A stretch of 64,000 bases of DNA from Candidatus Hydrogenedentota bacterium. GTDB taxonomy: Bacteria > Hydrogenedentota > Hydrogenedentia > Hydrogenedentales > SLHB01. The stretch lies in NCBI GenBank assembly GCA_020849535.1, contig JADLGB010000006.1:43534-107533 (forward strand), in the 5' to 3' direction. The stretch's first letter is position 1. Each line of letters opens with the position of its first letter. The translations under genes and the position numbers were made by a program. A model generated the notes under the pieces. That model saw only the letters and a program-made list of their open reading frames with translations, did no database searches and was not told the origin of the DNA. Shown piece after piece: positions 19,735 to 30,863 of the stretch.

Positions 19735-20918
19735 TGCGGTTGTACTCCCTGCGGTGGTCTGGGCAGTTGGTTCACATGACGAATGGCTGGTGCGGCCAGC
19801 CTGGGTGCGAATGAAACGAGGGCAACGAGCCCTTGAACGAGGGCCGGCCGGCGCAACGCGGCGGCCATGGCGCGACAGATAAACTGGCGCCGGGTCACGG
19901 TGCGTCTGTAGAGCTGTTCCCAGGCGTGGCCTGTGGAAGCGTCGAATTGGTCGATAGCCTGGTCCGCTAGCGGAGCGACGGCGAGGGCCGAGGTAAGGGC
20001 CCAGGCCATGCCTTCGCCGGTGAAGGGTTCGACGTAGCCCGCGGCGTCGCCGACGACAAGGGCGCGATGGGCGTGGAGCTGCGAGGCGGTCCGCGTGAGG
20101 GCGGGGGTACCGCGCCACGGCAGGTCTTCAATCGAGGGTAGTGGCGGGAATCCTGCCTCAAGCAGCACACGCTCTGCCGCACGGGCGAGACTTCCGGAGT
20201 CCTTGACAAACGCGGTGTCGAACGCCGCGGCGACATCGAGGCGTCCGTCTTCGACACGCGTGAGCCCGACGTAGCCGCCGGTGCCGCAGGCCATAAAGAT
20301 GGTACCCGGCGCGTAGGCGTCGGGCGCGTCTACGGCCATCGCACCCGCACCGATGCGGGAGTCCTCTGTGGACGGTGAGTCAAAGGCGTCCGTGCCGCGC
20401 AAGAGGCGGCCTCCGAGGCCGTCCGCGGCCAGCACCAGGCGCGCCGTGACGCGGTATTCTTTGCCGGCACAGCGGAGAAGGACAATCCGGTGGCTATCCG
20501 TCACGTCCGCGAGCGTGGCCTGAGCGCGCGGCAGGAAGTGCGCACCTGCCTGGACGGCGGCGTTCACGATTCCCGCGTCCAGCGTTTCGCGAGAGAGCGC
20601 GGAGTAACCGGGCAAAGGCAAGCTGGCGAAACGGCCGCGTGCCGCGACCCGGAGTGTGTCGAGCCGGACGGCCTCGTGCGCGGCGAGAAGCGCCCCGAGG
20701 CCAGCGAGTTGCAGGGCGCCTTGGGCGCGCGCGTTGATGCAGCAGCCGCAGACTTTCCAGCGCGGGAAGGCGGCCTTGTCCACAAGGAGCACGGAGCGTC
20801 CCCGACGCGCGAGTTGATGCGCGGCGAGCGCGCCAGCGCAACCAGCACCCACCACGACGGCGTCCCACAGGATGCAACTCGCGGCGTCGGGTTCGAGAGT
20901 GGGTGCGACAGGAGTCAT
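19731..20918 (-). CDS. FAD-dependent oxidoreductase (geranylgeranyl reductase/flavin monooxygenase-like)
   Basis: VVVGAGCAG, KVCG, AADG, VGDAAGYVEPFTGEGM. ATGA-coupled on both sides. Confidence 0.9.
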   Translation of the reverse strand: MTPVAPTLEPDAASCILWDAVVVGAGCAGALAAHQLARRGRSVLLVDKAAFPRWKVCGCCINARAQGALQLAGLGALLAAHEAVRLDTLRVAARGRFASLPLPGYSALSRETLDAGIVNAAVQAGAHFLPRAQATLADVTDSHRIVLLRCAGKEYRVTARLVLAADGLGGRLLRGTDAFDSPSTEDSRIGAGAMAVDAPDAYAPGTIFMACGTGGYVGLTRVEDGRLDVAAAFDTAFVKDSGSLARAAERVLLEAGFPPLPSIEDLPWRGTPALTRTASQLHAHRALVVGDAAGYVEPFTGEGMAWALTSALAVAPLADQAIDQFDASTGHAWEQLYRRTVTRRQFICRAMAAALRRPALVQGLVALVSFAPRLAAPAIRHVNQLPRPPQGVQPQ

Positions 20919-21637
20919 GGGCGACTCCAGGTGAACAAGAAGCGATATGGCCATTGCCAGGAAATGTGGTGGCCGTGCAAGCCCGCTTCCGTGGCGAGAC
21001 GCCGGAATTCGTCGATCGTGAACGCGGCGGACACGGAGCTGGGGCCGTCATTGAGGACCACGTCGGAGCGAGTGAGGGTGCGGCAGGCGAGGTGGGCAAG
21101 CGCGAGACCCGCGCGACTTCGGATGAGGTCGCTGATAATGATCAGCTTGCAGGTTTGCGCCGCGCGCCGAAGGAAGACTCGAGCTTCCTCGTCGGTGAGA
21201 TGGTGCATGAAGAGTGCGCAGGTGATGGCGTCGTAACCTTCGGGAAGACCGTCCTGGATGACGTCGTGCGTGTAGAAATTCGCGTCGACGCGGTTGCGCC
21301 GGGCCGCATTCGAGGCATAGGCGACCGCGGTGTGGTTCCTATCGCAGCCGTCCACGGTGATAGGAAGATTCATGCGCGTGGCACGCTGGCGGAGGCCGAT
21401 GGCGATCTCGCCGCCACCCGATGCGACATCCAGCACGCGAAGCGGAACGCTTGGATGTTGAAGGGTCCATTGCTTCAATGGAGTCCAGAGTGCGGAGCAG
21501 GTGCGGCTAAGAAGGTTGATGCGTGAAAGTCCGCGCAGGGCTACGGCATGACGCGTGGAATCGAGACCGGGCTGGTCCATGATTTCGGGTTCGAGTTGTC
21601 TGACACGGACATTCGCGAAACTGGACATACCACCCAT
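20915..21637 (-). CDS. Class I SAM-dependent methyltransferase
   Basis: EIMD, VLDVASGGG, LFMHHL, DGPSSVSAAF. Confidence 0.88.
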   Translation of the reverse strand: MGGMSSFANVRVRQLEPEIMDQPGLDSTRHAVALRGLSRINLLSRTCSALWTPLKQWTLQHPSVPLRVLDVASGGGEIAIGLRQRATRMNLPITVDGCDRNHTAVAYASNAARRNRVDANFYTHDVIQDGLPEGYDAITCALFMHHLTDEEARVFLRRAAQTCKLIIISDLIRSRAGLALAHLACRTLTRSDVVLNDGPSSVSAAFTIDEFRRLATEAGLHGHHISWQWPYRFLFTWSRP

Positions 21638-21781
21638 TCTCGGGCCTGTCGCATGGGGCTCGCAACAGGCGAAATACCTCAGTTACCCGAGTCTAGCCTG
21701 GATTCCTCACCAGTGAGCCTACGCGCCACTGCCAGAGCATATCTCACCGCCCACTACGTGGGGGGCTGTGAGATATGCGAT

Positions 21782-22117
21782 CTAATACCGGGGGATCGAA
21801 GGGTCCACGTGCACCGAGTAGGCGTTGATGCCGCCCGACATATTGAGTACGCGACTGAACCCTTGGCGTAAGAGGAAGCCCTGGGCATGGGCTGAACGTC
21901 CGCCATGATGACACATGACCACGATTTCCTTGTCACGCCACGCTTCGAGTTCATCCACCCGGCCTTGCAGCTTGTCGAGCGGAATATTCATACAATCGGA
22001 AAGCGAAGCCGTTTGAAGCTCCCCCGGTGTACGTACGTCCAACAGAAGAAAATCGGCGCCGGCTCTGCGTTTCTCGTGCAGTTCATGGGCTGTACATACA
22101 AGGTTTTGTTGCGTCAT
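21782..22117 (-). CDS. Rhodanese-like sulfurtransferase
   Basis: LLDVRTP, CHHGGRS, GGINAYSVHVDPSIPRY. Confidence 0.9.
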   Translation of the reverse strand: MTQQNLVCTAHELHEKRRAGADFLLLDVRTPGELQTASLSDCMNIPLDKLQGRVDELEAWRDKEIVVMCHHGGRSAHAQGFLLRQGFSRVLNMSGGINAYSVHVDPSIPRY

Positions 22118-22193
22118 CGTTCTACCGCTTATAAATGCAAACAGCAGCCGCAGCCATGTCATCATTACACGAGAATTCCAGTGTGTGGTTCCT

Positions 22194-24288
<2,095 letters not shown>

Positions 24289-24349
24289 AGGTAATTGCGG
24301 GGAGGGTAGCAATAGGATACTATGGAGGCTATGGGCAAGATAGAGAAGA

Positions 24350-24660
24350 ATCGGACGGATGGGACGGATCGGACCGATTGGACGGGGGAAGAGCACCGGC
24401 GCGTGCGCGCCAGTGGGGGCGGGTGATGGCGCTGCGGACGGCCCGCAAGGGGCCGAAGGCGGGGAGGCAATTCTGGGGGTGCTCGGGTTAACCTGAGTGT
24501 AAGGGGACGCGGGAGCTGGATGGGGGATGAGAAACGGCCCATGGGGCGCTCGGGACCAAAGGGACCAAAGGGACCAAAGGGACCAAAGGGTACGGGCGTG
24601 CCGCCCGTATAATGAGCTGGCTTCGCGGTCCGATTGGTCCGATCCGCCGGATCCGTCCGG
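24350..24660. repeat. Inverted 9-mer arrays enclosing (GGGACCAAA)x4
   Basis: Arms at about 24350-24385 and 24627-24660. Perfect 9-bp tandem at 24552-24590. Confidence 0.78.
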
Positions 24661-24763
24661 TTCTTTGAACCATTCGCAGGGGAGGGCCGTCCTATAGTAG
24701 AGTGGCCGGGCAACGATCAGCCGTTGACGCGCCGATGGGCGCACGACATGAGGGGAAGATACC

Positions 24764-25687
24764 ATGAAGACCATGTTGGGTGTTCTGGGTTGGGTTGTGG
24801 CTATTGCAGCAGTTGTTGCCGCGGCGACGCTCTTCGCGAAGAATCGGGACCTTGAGGCCGAGCTGGGCACGTATCGCGATGAGGTCGCCCAATTGAGGGC
24901 GACAAGCGACCAGCAGGGTGCCGCGCATAATGAAGCACTGGCCGAGGCAGAGCGGCTACGGCAAGAGGTCGCCAAGGCCGAATCAGTTAGCCCATCGCCT
25001 TCGACGACGGATGAAGCGGCGGCAACGGCAGCGCCAGTAGATGAGACCGCGGCAGCCGAACCCGCCACCGAATCCCAGCCCAATCAAGGCAATTCCATCC
25101 AACGCGCGCAACGCGCTCAGATGGGGGTGCTGGTCGGCATGCAGTACAAGGGATTCCTGGACAACCTCGCGCTGCCCGAGGATACGATGACGAGCGTGAA
25201 CGATCTGCTGATTGACTCAACCATTGACGCGCAGCAGGCGATGGTCGAGGCGATGATGTCGGGCACGTCAAAAGCCAAGGACGCGAAAGCAAAGCAGGAC
25301 GCGATCGAAGCGCAATTGCGGGAGCAACTGGGAACAGTGCTCAATCAAGAGGAGATGGCGCAGTGGGATGCGTATCAGGAAGTCGCCGATGTGGCGCTGT
25401 ATGAGGCTTTGCTGGATGGTCAGTTGACGATGCTGGCGCCGGGCTTGTCGGAGGAAACGCGTGCCGCGGCGCGGACCATCCTCGCGGAAGACTTGGCCAC
25501 GGAACTGGACACCTTCTTTGAGTCCGACACCATCTACACGATGGACAGCTTCAATCAGGCGCAGCTTGCGGGATTGAATAATGGAATGGCGAGGATGCCC
25601 GAGACGATCAACGAAGAGCAGTACGGCCATCTCACCGGTTTCATCGACACGATCGCGGCGACCTTTCAGCAGATGAAGCAGAAGTAG
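24764..25687 (+). CDS. Hypothetical membrane-anchored helical/coiled-coil protein
   Basis: N-terminal hydrophobic helix, coiled coil, Ala/Thr/Pro linker, acidic helical domain. RBS present. Confidence 0.8.
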   Translation: MKTMLGVLGWVVAIAAVVAAATLFAKNRDLEAELGTYRDEVAQLRATSDQQGAAHNEALAEAERLRQEVAKAESVSPSPSTTDEAAATAAPVDETAAAEPATESQPNQGNSIQRAQRAQMGVLVGMQYKGFLDNLALPEDTMTSVNDLLIDSTIDAQQAMVEAMMSGTSKAKDAKAKQDAIEAQLREQLGTVLNQEEMAQWDAYQEVADVALYEALLDGQLTMLAPGLSEETRAAARTILAEDLATELDTFFESDTIYTMDSFNQAQLAGLNNGMARMPETINEEQYGHLTGFIDTIAATFQQMKQK

Positions 25688-25694
25688 ATCCTGA

Positions 25695-26909
25695 TTAGTT
25701 CTCGATGATCGCGGCGGAAGCATTCATGAGCGGCGCGTCGCCGTTCATTCCGTTCCCTTCGATTGTGAGCTTCGCGACACCGGGGCTGACGTAGAAGACC
25801 GCCGTTTGTTCCGGGGTCGTGTAGAACATGTTTCCCTGGATCAGGATGTCGCACGTGGACACCTCATATTCGGTGGTTTCGTCGATGCGGATCTCGCAAT
25901 CCTTATCGGCGTCGTTCTTGCGCCCGTTTGTTCTGAAAATGTTGCCAGTGACGATGATGCCTTCCACGTCGGGCGCCCACAGGCCCTCCCGGCCGCTGTT
26001 CGCGACGATGTTGTTGGCGAGCGTACAGCGGCGGCTATTGCGCTCGATGGTGCACCCGCGCGAGCCGTTCTCCAGGATGTGGTTGCCGGACGCGACGACA
26101 TCTTCGCAGCCTTCCAGGAAGTAACCGCCCATTTTGCTGCCCCGGACGACCGAGTTCACGAAACGGCCTCGGTGTGAGTGGAAGAAGTGGGTGCCGTCCG
26201 ACTGCGAGCCTTCAAACCAACAGGCATCGACGAGCCAGTCGTTCACGTAGTACATCGCGACGGCGCCCTGGTCTTCGCGTTTGCTGCCTTCGGCGGGGCC
26301 TCGGGGCGTGGCCAGGTAGTCGCCGTAGTAGTTGCAGCAGTTGTAGCCCCGGACCTCTTTCAGGGTTACGTTGCTCATCGGCTTGCTTTCCTCGCCGAAG
26401 AAACCAACGGCGTTGCTCGTGAGGTCGCGGCAGGTGAGATAGGCGATGCGGATGTCGTGGCAATCGCCGAGGACCCGCACACCAGCGATGTTCGTGCCGG
26501 GGGACCACTTGTCGCGACGTCCAATGATTTCGCCGCCGGAGAGAACTACGTTGGAGACGTTTTCCAAAAGGAAGGTCTGGCCGTCTTCCTTCACCTCGGC
26601 CTCCCACACTATCCGGACACCTTCCATGACGACCGTGCAGTTGCCAGGGATGCGAACGCCCTTGGGATCAGCGAATCGATATTCGCCGGGTGTGATGCGG
26701 AACTCGTGGTAGCCGGGCCCAGCCGCATCGAAGGCTTCCTGGAGCAGCCGTTGGTGAGCAGCGGCTTTCTTGGGCGAGAAGGGTCCGATCTCGCGAATTT
26801 CGCTGCTGACCGCAGCGGTCAATTGCGGCAAACACGCCATGACTGCAACCACGAACCACAAGGCTTTCCCCCTCGTATGCACGTCTGTACTCCTCTCCCC
26901 CGTTGTCAC
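25695..26909 (-). CDS. Secreted right-handed parallel beta-helix (pectin lyase-like) protein
   Basis: Repeats such as VVASGNHILENGSRG, TLANNIVANSGREG, IVTGNIFRTNG. Hydrophobic leader. Confidence 0.78.
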   Translation of the reverse strand: MTTGERSTDVHTRGKALWFVVAVMACLPQLTAAVSSEIREIGPFSPKKAAAHQRLLQEAFDAAGPGYHEFRITPGEYRFADPKGVRIPGNCTVVMEGVRIVWEAEVKEDGQTFLLENVSNVVLSGGEIIGRRDKWSPGTNIAGVRVLGDCHDIRIAYLTCRDLTSNAVGFFGEESKPMSNVTLKEVRGYNCCNYYGDYLATPRGPAEGSKREDQGAVAMYYVNDWLVDACWFEGSQSDGTHFFHSHRGRFVNSVVRGSKMGGYFLEGCEDVVASGNHILENGSRGCTIERNSRRCTLANNIVANSGREGLWAPDVEGIIVTGNIFRTNGRKNDADKDCEIRIDETTEYEVSTCDILIQGNMFYTTPEQTAVFYVSPGVAKLTIEGNGMNGDAPLMNASAAIIEN

Positions 26910-28006
26910 TCGATGGGCACCGGCGCTCCTTCGCGCAGACTCCAGCGCGAAAGCCCACGTCCGTATGCTTCAATCGGGGCGGCGCCCCATCGTTGAATGT
27001 AGTCCGCGTCGATCCACACGCCGAAGGTGGTGACGTGGCGGATGCCGCGCGAGGCGTAGAGGTCCAGGTCGTCGCGGAACACGGCATCGTTCCAAGGAAT
27101 ATCGGTAATCCGGTCGCGCTTCCATGAGGAAAAGCGGGACACATCGAGCCAGTATTCGAGCGCCTGCGCGTTGTCCTTACCGAAGTACTCGAGGTTGGCA
27201 TCGAGCGCGTCGAGCAAGCGGCCGTGGGTGATGGTGGCGGGGGTGCCGGTCGCATCGCGCTGGCGAAACGGCACATCGTAGCGACGTTCGATGGGCGCGA
27301 ATTCCAGGAAGATGCCGGGGTCGGGTTTCACCTGAGTGGGCGGGTCGAGGGTGTTGACGTAAGCAAGGTGCGCCAGGGTTGCGCTTGCGTGGATCTGACG
27401 TATTGCGCCAAGCACACGGTTCTCGAAAATCAGAGCTTGGTCGCAGTCCGAGTACGCACGGCATTCGGGACAGCGGCACATGGGCATGGCATCGTCTATC
27501 CAGAAGAAGTAGCGGCCGGAGGTCGAGGGTAAGGCTTTGGCGTAGGACACGGCATTCTCCGCGACGACGTCGAGGGCGGCCTTCGAATGGACGCAGAGGT
27601 TGTACTCGCGCACGCGCTCGCCCTGTTCGTTCATCCGGAACATAGACGGGTCCTTGTCAAAGAAATCGCGCGGGAGTAGGTCGCCCAGGGCGTGCAGTTC
27701 GTGCTCGACGGCGATGCCGTGGGTCTTGCAGCCATCGAGGAAGCGCTGGCCCGCCTCGGTCTTCACGAAGGCCGCGATTTCGCTGGGGGTGATGTGGGTC
27801 GCCAGCGTCGTGAGGCCCGCGGCCTTCGCCAGGGCGGGCCAGTCGTAGGTCTCCATGTCGCGGACGCCCAGAATCACACCCTGGGTGAGGAACCAGGGTG
27901 TGGCGGTCTGCGGCGCCGCGTGCGCGGCGAAAGGACATAGGGCGGCCACGCTGGCTGCCTTCAAGAAACTGCGGCGAGTGCGTGCACTTCGGTTGGGATC
28001 GTTCAT
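26906..28006 (-). CDS. Tat-exported DUF4838-like protein (putative glycoside hydrolase fold)
   Basis: TRRSFLK twin-arginine signal. NLCVHS, DDAMPMCRCPEC, LAYVNTLDPP. Confidence 0.72.
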   Translation of the reverse strand: MNDPNRSARTRRSFLKAASVAALCPFAAHAAPQTATPWFLTQGVILGVRDMETYDWPALAKAAGLTTLATHITPSEIAAFVKTEAGQRFLDGCKTHGIAVEHELHALGDLLPRDFFDKDPSMFRMNEQGERVREYNLCVHSKAALDVVAENAVSYAKALPSTSGRYFFWIDDAMPMCRCPECRAYSDCDQALIFENRVLGAIRQIHASATLAHLAYVNTLDPPTQVKPDPGIFLEFAPIERRYDVPFRQRDATGTPATITHGRLLDALDANLEYFGKDNAQALEYWLDVSRFSSWKRDRITDIPWNDAVFRDDLDLYASRGIRHVTTFGVWIDADYIQRWGAAPIEAYGRGLSRWSLREGAPVPIE

Positions 28007-28074
28007 GCCGGGAGTGTAGCAGGAATAGACAGACACGCGAAACGGAACGAGGAGCCATACATGATGCGCTCTTC

Positions 28075-28242
28075 GTAGGGCGGGATTGGGTCCCGCCTTC
28101 TTCAGGGTGGTAAGAGCAACTGGTTTGCTCAAGAGCCGGCAGGGATGCCGGCGCTCCTGGCAGGCGATCTTGGAGCTCCGGGATTCGGCGCCGTCAAATT
28201 GTGAGGAGAAATGGAAGAAGGCGGGAACCAATCCCGCCCTAC
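28075..28242. repeat. REP-like composite: GTAG hairpin, GCCGGC palindrome, inverted GTAG hairpin
   Basis: Same family as 14568-14739. Inverted copy AAGGCGGGAACCAATCCCGCCCTAC ends at 28242. Confidence 0.87.
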
Positions 28243-28285
28243 GTAGAGCACTTCATATGGTTATGGTGCAATTGCTTCGACGGAC

Positions 28286-29398
28286 CTACATCTTGGCGGC
28301 GAGTTTGGCTTCGCCGGGCTGGACGGATTCGACCTGGTTCTTGTGGATGCGGCGGTTCACGCCGTTGACTTCGATGTAGTAGAAGTCGCCTTCCTGGACG
28401 ACGCGGTCCGCGATTTGCACGTGGCCGCTCTTGAAGGTGACATTCTGCTTTGCGTCCGGCACGGGGGCCTTGGGCGCGGGTTTCGACGAGTTCTTCGCCA
28501 CTTTTTTCGGGAGCGTGGGGATTACCGGAGGCGTGCCCCCGACCGTGGCGTATGCGTAGCTGCCGCCACCGTTGTAAGCCCGCCATCTATCGAGTACGAG
28601 GCGCACGTAGTTCTGGGTCTCCGTGAAGGGCGGGATGCCGCCGTACTGCTTGACGTTTTCGGGACCGGCATTATATCCAGCCAGTGCGAAGGCCACGTTG
28701 CCTCCGAAGATGCCCATGAGTTTGGACATATATTGCGTGCCACCGGCGATGTTCTGCGCGGGGTCGAAGATGTTCTCGACGCCCATGTCCGCGGCGGTGC
28801 CGGGCATGAGCTGCATGAGGCCGCTGGCGCCCTTGTTCGAGACGGCCTTGGCATTTCCCCCACTCTCCACATTGATCATCGCGTGGACGAGGTTCTCATC
28901 CAGTCCATACTGCTTGGAGTACATGGTGACCAGCTCGTTGATCTGGGAGTCGCTGTAGATGGCCGGTGGGATGCGATAACGGTTCGGCACCACGATGGGA
29001 TCGAAGTCGATCTTGATTTCCTGGTAGCCATTGAGCTTCCGGTATTTGTACGTGCGGTTGGTCAACATGGGGACGCCGCCGTCCTTGGGCTGAAAGGCCC
29101 CCATGCCGGTGAGGCGTCCGGAGAGCTTGCGCTTCTCGAGGAGTTCGTTCTTCAGTTGTTCCTGGCGGCGGGCGCGGTTCAACTGATCGTTGCGCTCTTT
29201 ATGAGAGGACGGCACGGCTCCTGGAGCCCGGATCACGGCAGTACGATTCTGCACGGTGGACTGAGCTTGGGAAAGGGCGGGAAGGAAGAGAGAAATGGTA
29301 AGAACCAGCGCCAGGCAAGTGCCGCAACGGTAAAGCCACCCCGGGGCCGGTGCGTGCGATGAAGTTTCGCTCCCCATCATGTCAAGAGTATACCCCAT
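28286..29398 (-). CDS. Lytic transglycosylase (SLT domain)
   Basis: VESGGN, GASGLMQLMPGTA, AGYNAGP, ETQNYV. Start uncertain. Confidence 0.9.
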   Translation of the reverse strand: MGYTLDMMGSETSSHAPAPGWLYRCGTCLALVLTISLFLPALSQAQSTVQNRTAVIRAPGAVPSSHKERNDQLNRARRQEQLKNELLEKRKLSGRLTGMGAFQPKDGGVPMLTNRTYKYRKLNGYQEIKIDFDPIVVPNRYRIPPAIYSDSQINELVTMYSKQYGLDENLVHAMINVESGGNAKAVSNKGASGLMQLMPGTAADMGVENIFDPAQNIAGGTQYMSKLMGIFGGNVAFALAGYNAGPENVKQYGGIPPFTETQNYVRLVLDRWRAYNGGGSYAYATVGGTPPVIPTLPKKVAKNSSKPAPKAPVPDAKQNVTFKSGHVQIADRVVQEGDFYYIEVNGVNRRIHKNQVESVQPGEAKLAAKM

Positions 29399-29478
29399 TG
29401 CCGTTTGCGTGACAAGAGAATCGTCGCAGAAACTACAGCCCCTTTACCGGTGAATAGCGTACCCGGTTTTGGGGGGAC

Positions 29479-29518
29479 TTGACAAGGGGCAAAAATTGTA
29501 TTAAAGTATTGATACAAT
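29479..29518 (+). promoter_or_regulatory. Sigma70 promoter with YtrA-type GntR operator
   Basis: TTGACA-17-TAAAGT. Palindrome ATTGTAT-N10-ATACAAT overlaps the -10 element. Confidence 0.75.
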
Positions 29519-29542
29519 CTAGGGACGAGGAGATCATACATC

Positions 29543-29959
29543 ATGCAGCTACACCTCTCTCCCAAAAACGGGGTCCCGCTCTACTTACAGATCGTGAGCC
29601 AGATCAAGTACCTCGTGGCGTCCGGGCGGCTGGCCGCGGGCGACGAAGTTCCCCCCATTCGCGTCCTGGCGGAGCAACTGCTCATCAACCCCAACACCGT
29701 GGCGCGCGCGTATCGCGAGTTGGAGATCGCGGGGCTGCTCACCAAACGGCAGGGCGCGGGGACCTACGTGTCGGACACGGGGTCGCCGCTGGCCTGGACG
29801 GAGCGGAAGCGGATTATCGAGGAGCGGACAACGGGCCTGGTGACGGAGGCCAGGCAATTGGATATTCCGGTGGAGGTCGTGGTGGAGATGGTCCACGAGA
29901 AGTTCTGGGCGCTTTCGGCAAGCCAAGGCGCGGACAAGGAGGGGTCGTCCAATGAGTGA
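29543..29959 (+). CDS. GntR-family (YtrA subfamily) regulator
   Basis: PLYLQI, INPNTVARAYRELE, QGAGTYV, short C-terminus. Confidence 0.95.
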   Translation: MQLHLSPKNGVPLYLQIVSQIKYLVASGRLAAGDEVPPIRVLAEQLLINPNTVARAYRELEIAGLLTKRQGAGTYVSDTGSPLAWTERKRIIEERTTGLVTEARQLDIPVEVVVEMVHEKFWALSASQGADKEGSSNE

Positions 29960-30863
29960 TATGAAGCAAGCGGCCGGCGAAACCATCGCTGAGGTTACCC
30001 GCCTATCGAAGCGGTTTGGGAAGGTCATCGCGCTGGACGACGTGTCGCTGCAGGTGCCGCGCGGAGGCGTGTTCGGGCTAGTGGGCGAGAATGGCGCGGG
30101 AAAGACGACGCTGATTAAGCACTTCCTCGGACTCTTGAAACCCCAAACGGGGGTAGTGAGTGTATTTGGAATGGACCCGATCCGGTATCCGGAGGAGGTG
30201 CTAGGGCAGATAGGCTATCTGTCTGAAGACCACGACCTGCCGCACTGGATGCGCATCCACGAGCTGCTGCGGTACACCAAATCGTTCTACCCGAAATGGG
30301 ATGACGCTTACGCCGAGGAACTCAGGCAGACCTTCGGGCTGGAGCTGGACGCGAAGGTGAAGAACCTGTCGCGGGGCCAGCGCGCGCAAGCGGGCCTGCT
30401 GACCGCATTGGCGCACCGCCCGGCGCTGTTGCTGCTGGACGAGCCCTCGTCGGGACTGGACGCGGTGGTCCGGCGGGATATCCTCGGCGCGATCATCCGC
30501 ACGGTCGCGGAGGAAGGGCGCACGGTTTTGTTCTCGTCGCACTTGCTCGACGAAGTCGAGCGTGTGGCGGACCGGGTGGCGATGATCAGCCGGAGCCGGG
30601 TGGTGCTGTGCGATTCGATGGAGAACATCAAGGCGACGCACCATTCGATCACGCTGCACTTCGATGAGCCGCCCGCGCAAGCGCCGATATTGGAAGGTGC
30701 GCTCGCCATCGAGGGCCGGGGCAAGGAATGGACGGCCGTCTGCAATGGGCAGCTCGATGACCTGAAGGCGTCGGCGGCCCGGCTCAATGCGAGCGTGGTT
30801 GCGCAGTCTACTCCGAGCCTCGAGGACATCTTCGTGGCGCGGGCGGGACGGAGGGCCGTGTGA
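29952..30863 (+). CDS. ABC transporter ATP-binding protein (YtrB-like)
   Basis: GENGAGKTT, LSRGQ, LLLDEP, SSH. Confidence 0.95.
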   Translation: MSDMKQAAGETIAEVTRLSKRFGKVIALDDVSLQVPRGGVFGLVGENGAGKTTLIKHFLGLLKPQTGVVSVFGMDPIRYPEEVLGQIGYLSEDHDLPHWMRIHELLRYTKSFYPKWDDAYAEELRQTFGLELDAKVKNLSRGQRAQAGLLTALAHRPALLLLDEPSSGLDAVVRRDILGAIIRTVAEEGRTVLFSSHLLDEVERVADRVAMISRSRVVLCDSMENIKATHHSITLHFDEPPAQAPILEGALAIEGRGKEWTAVCNGQLDDLKASAARLNASVVAQSTPSLEDIFVARAGRRAV

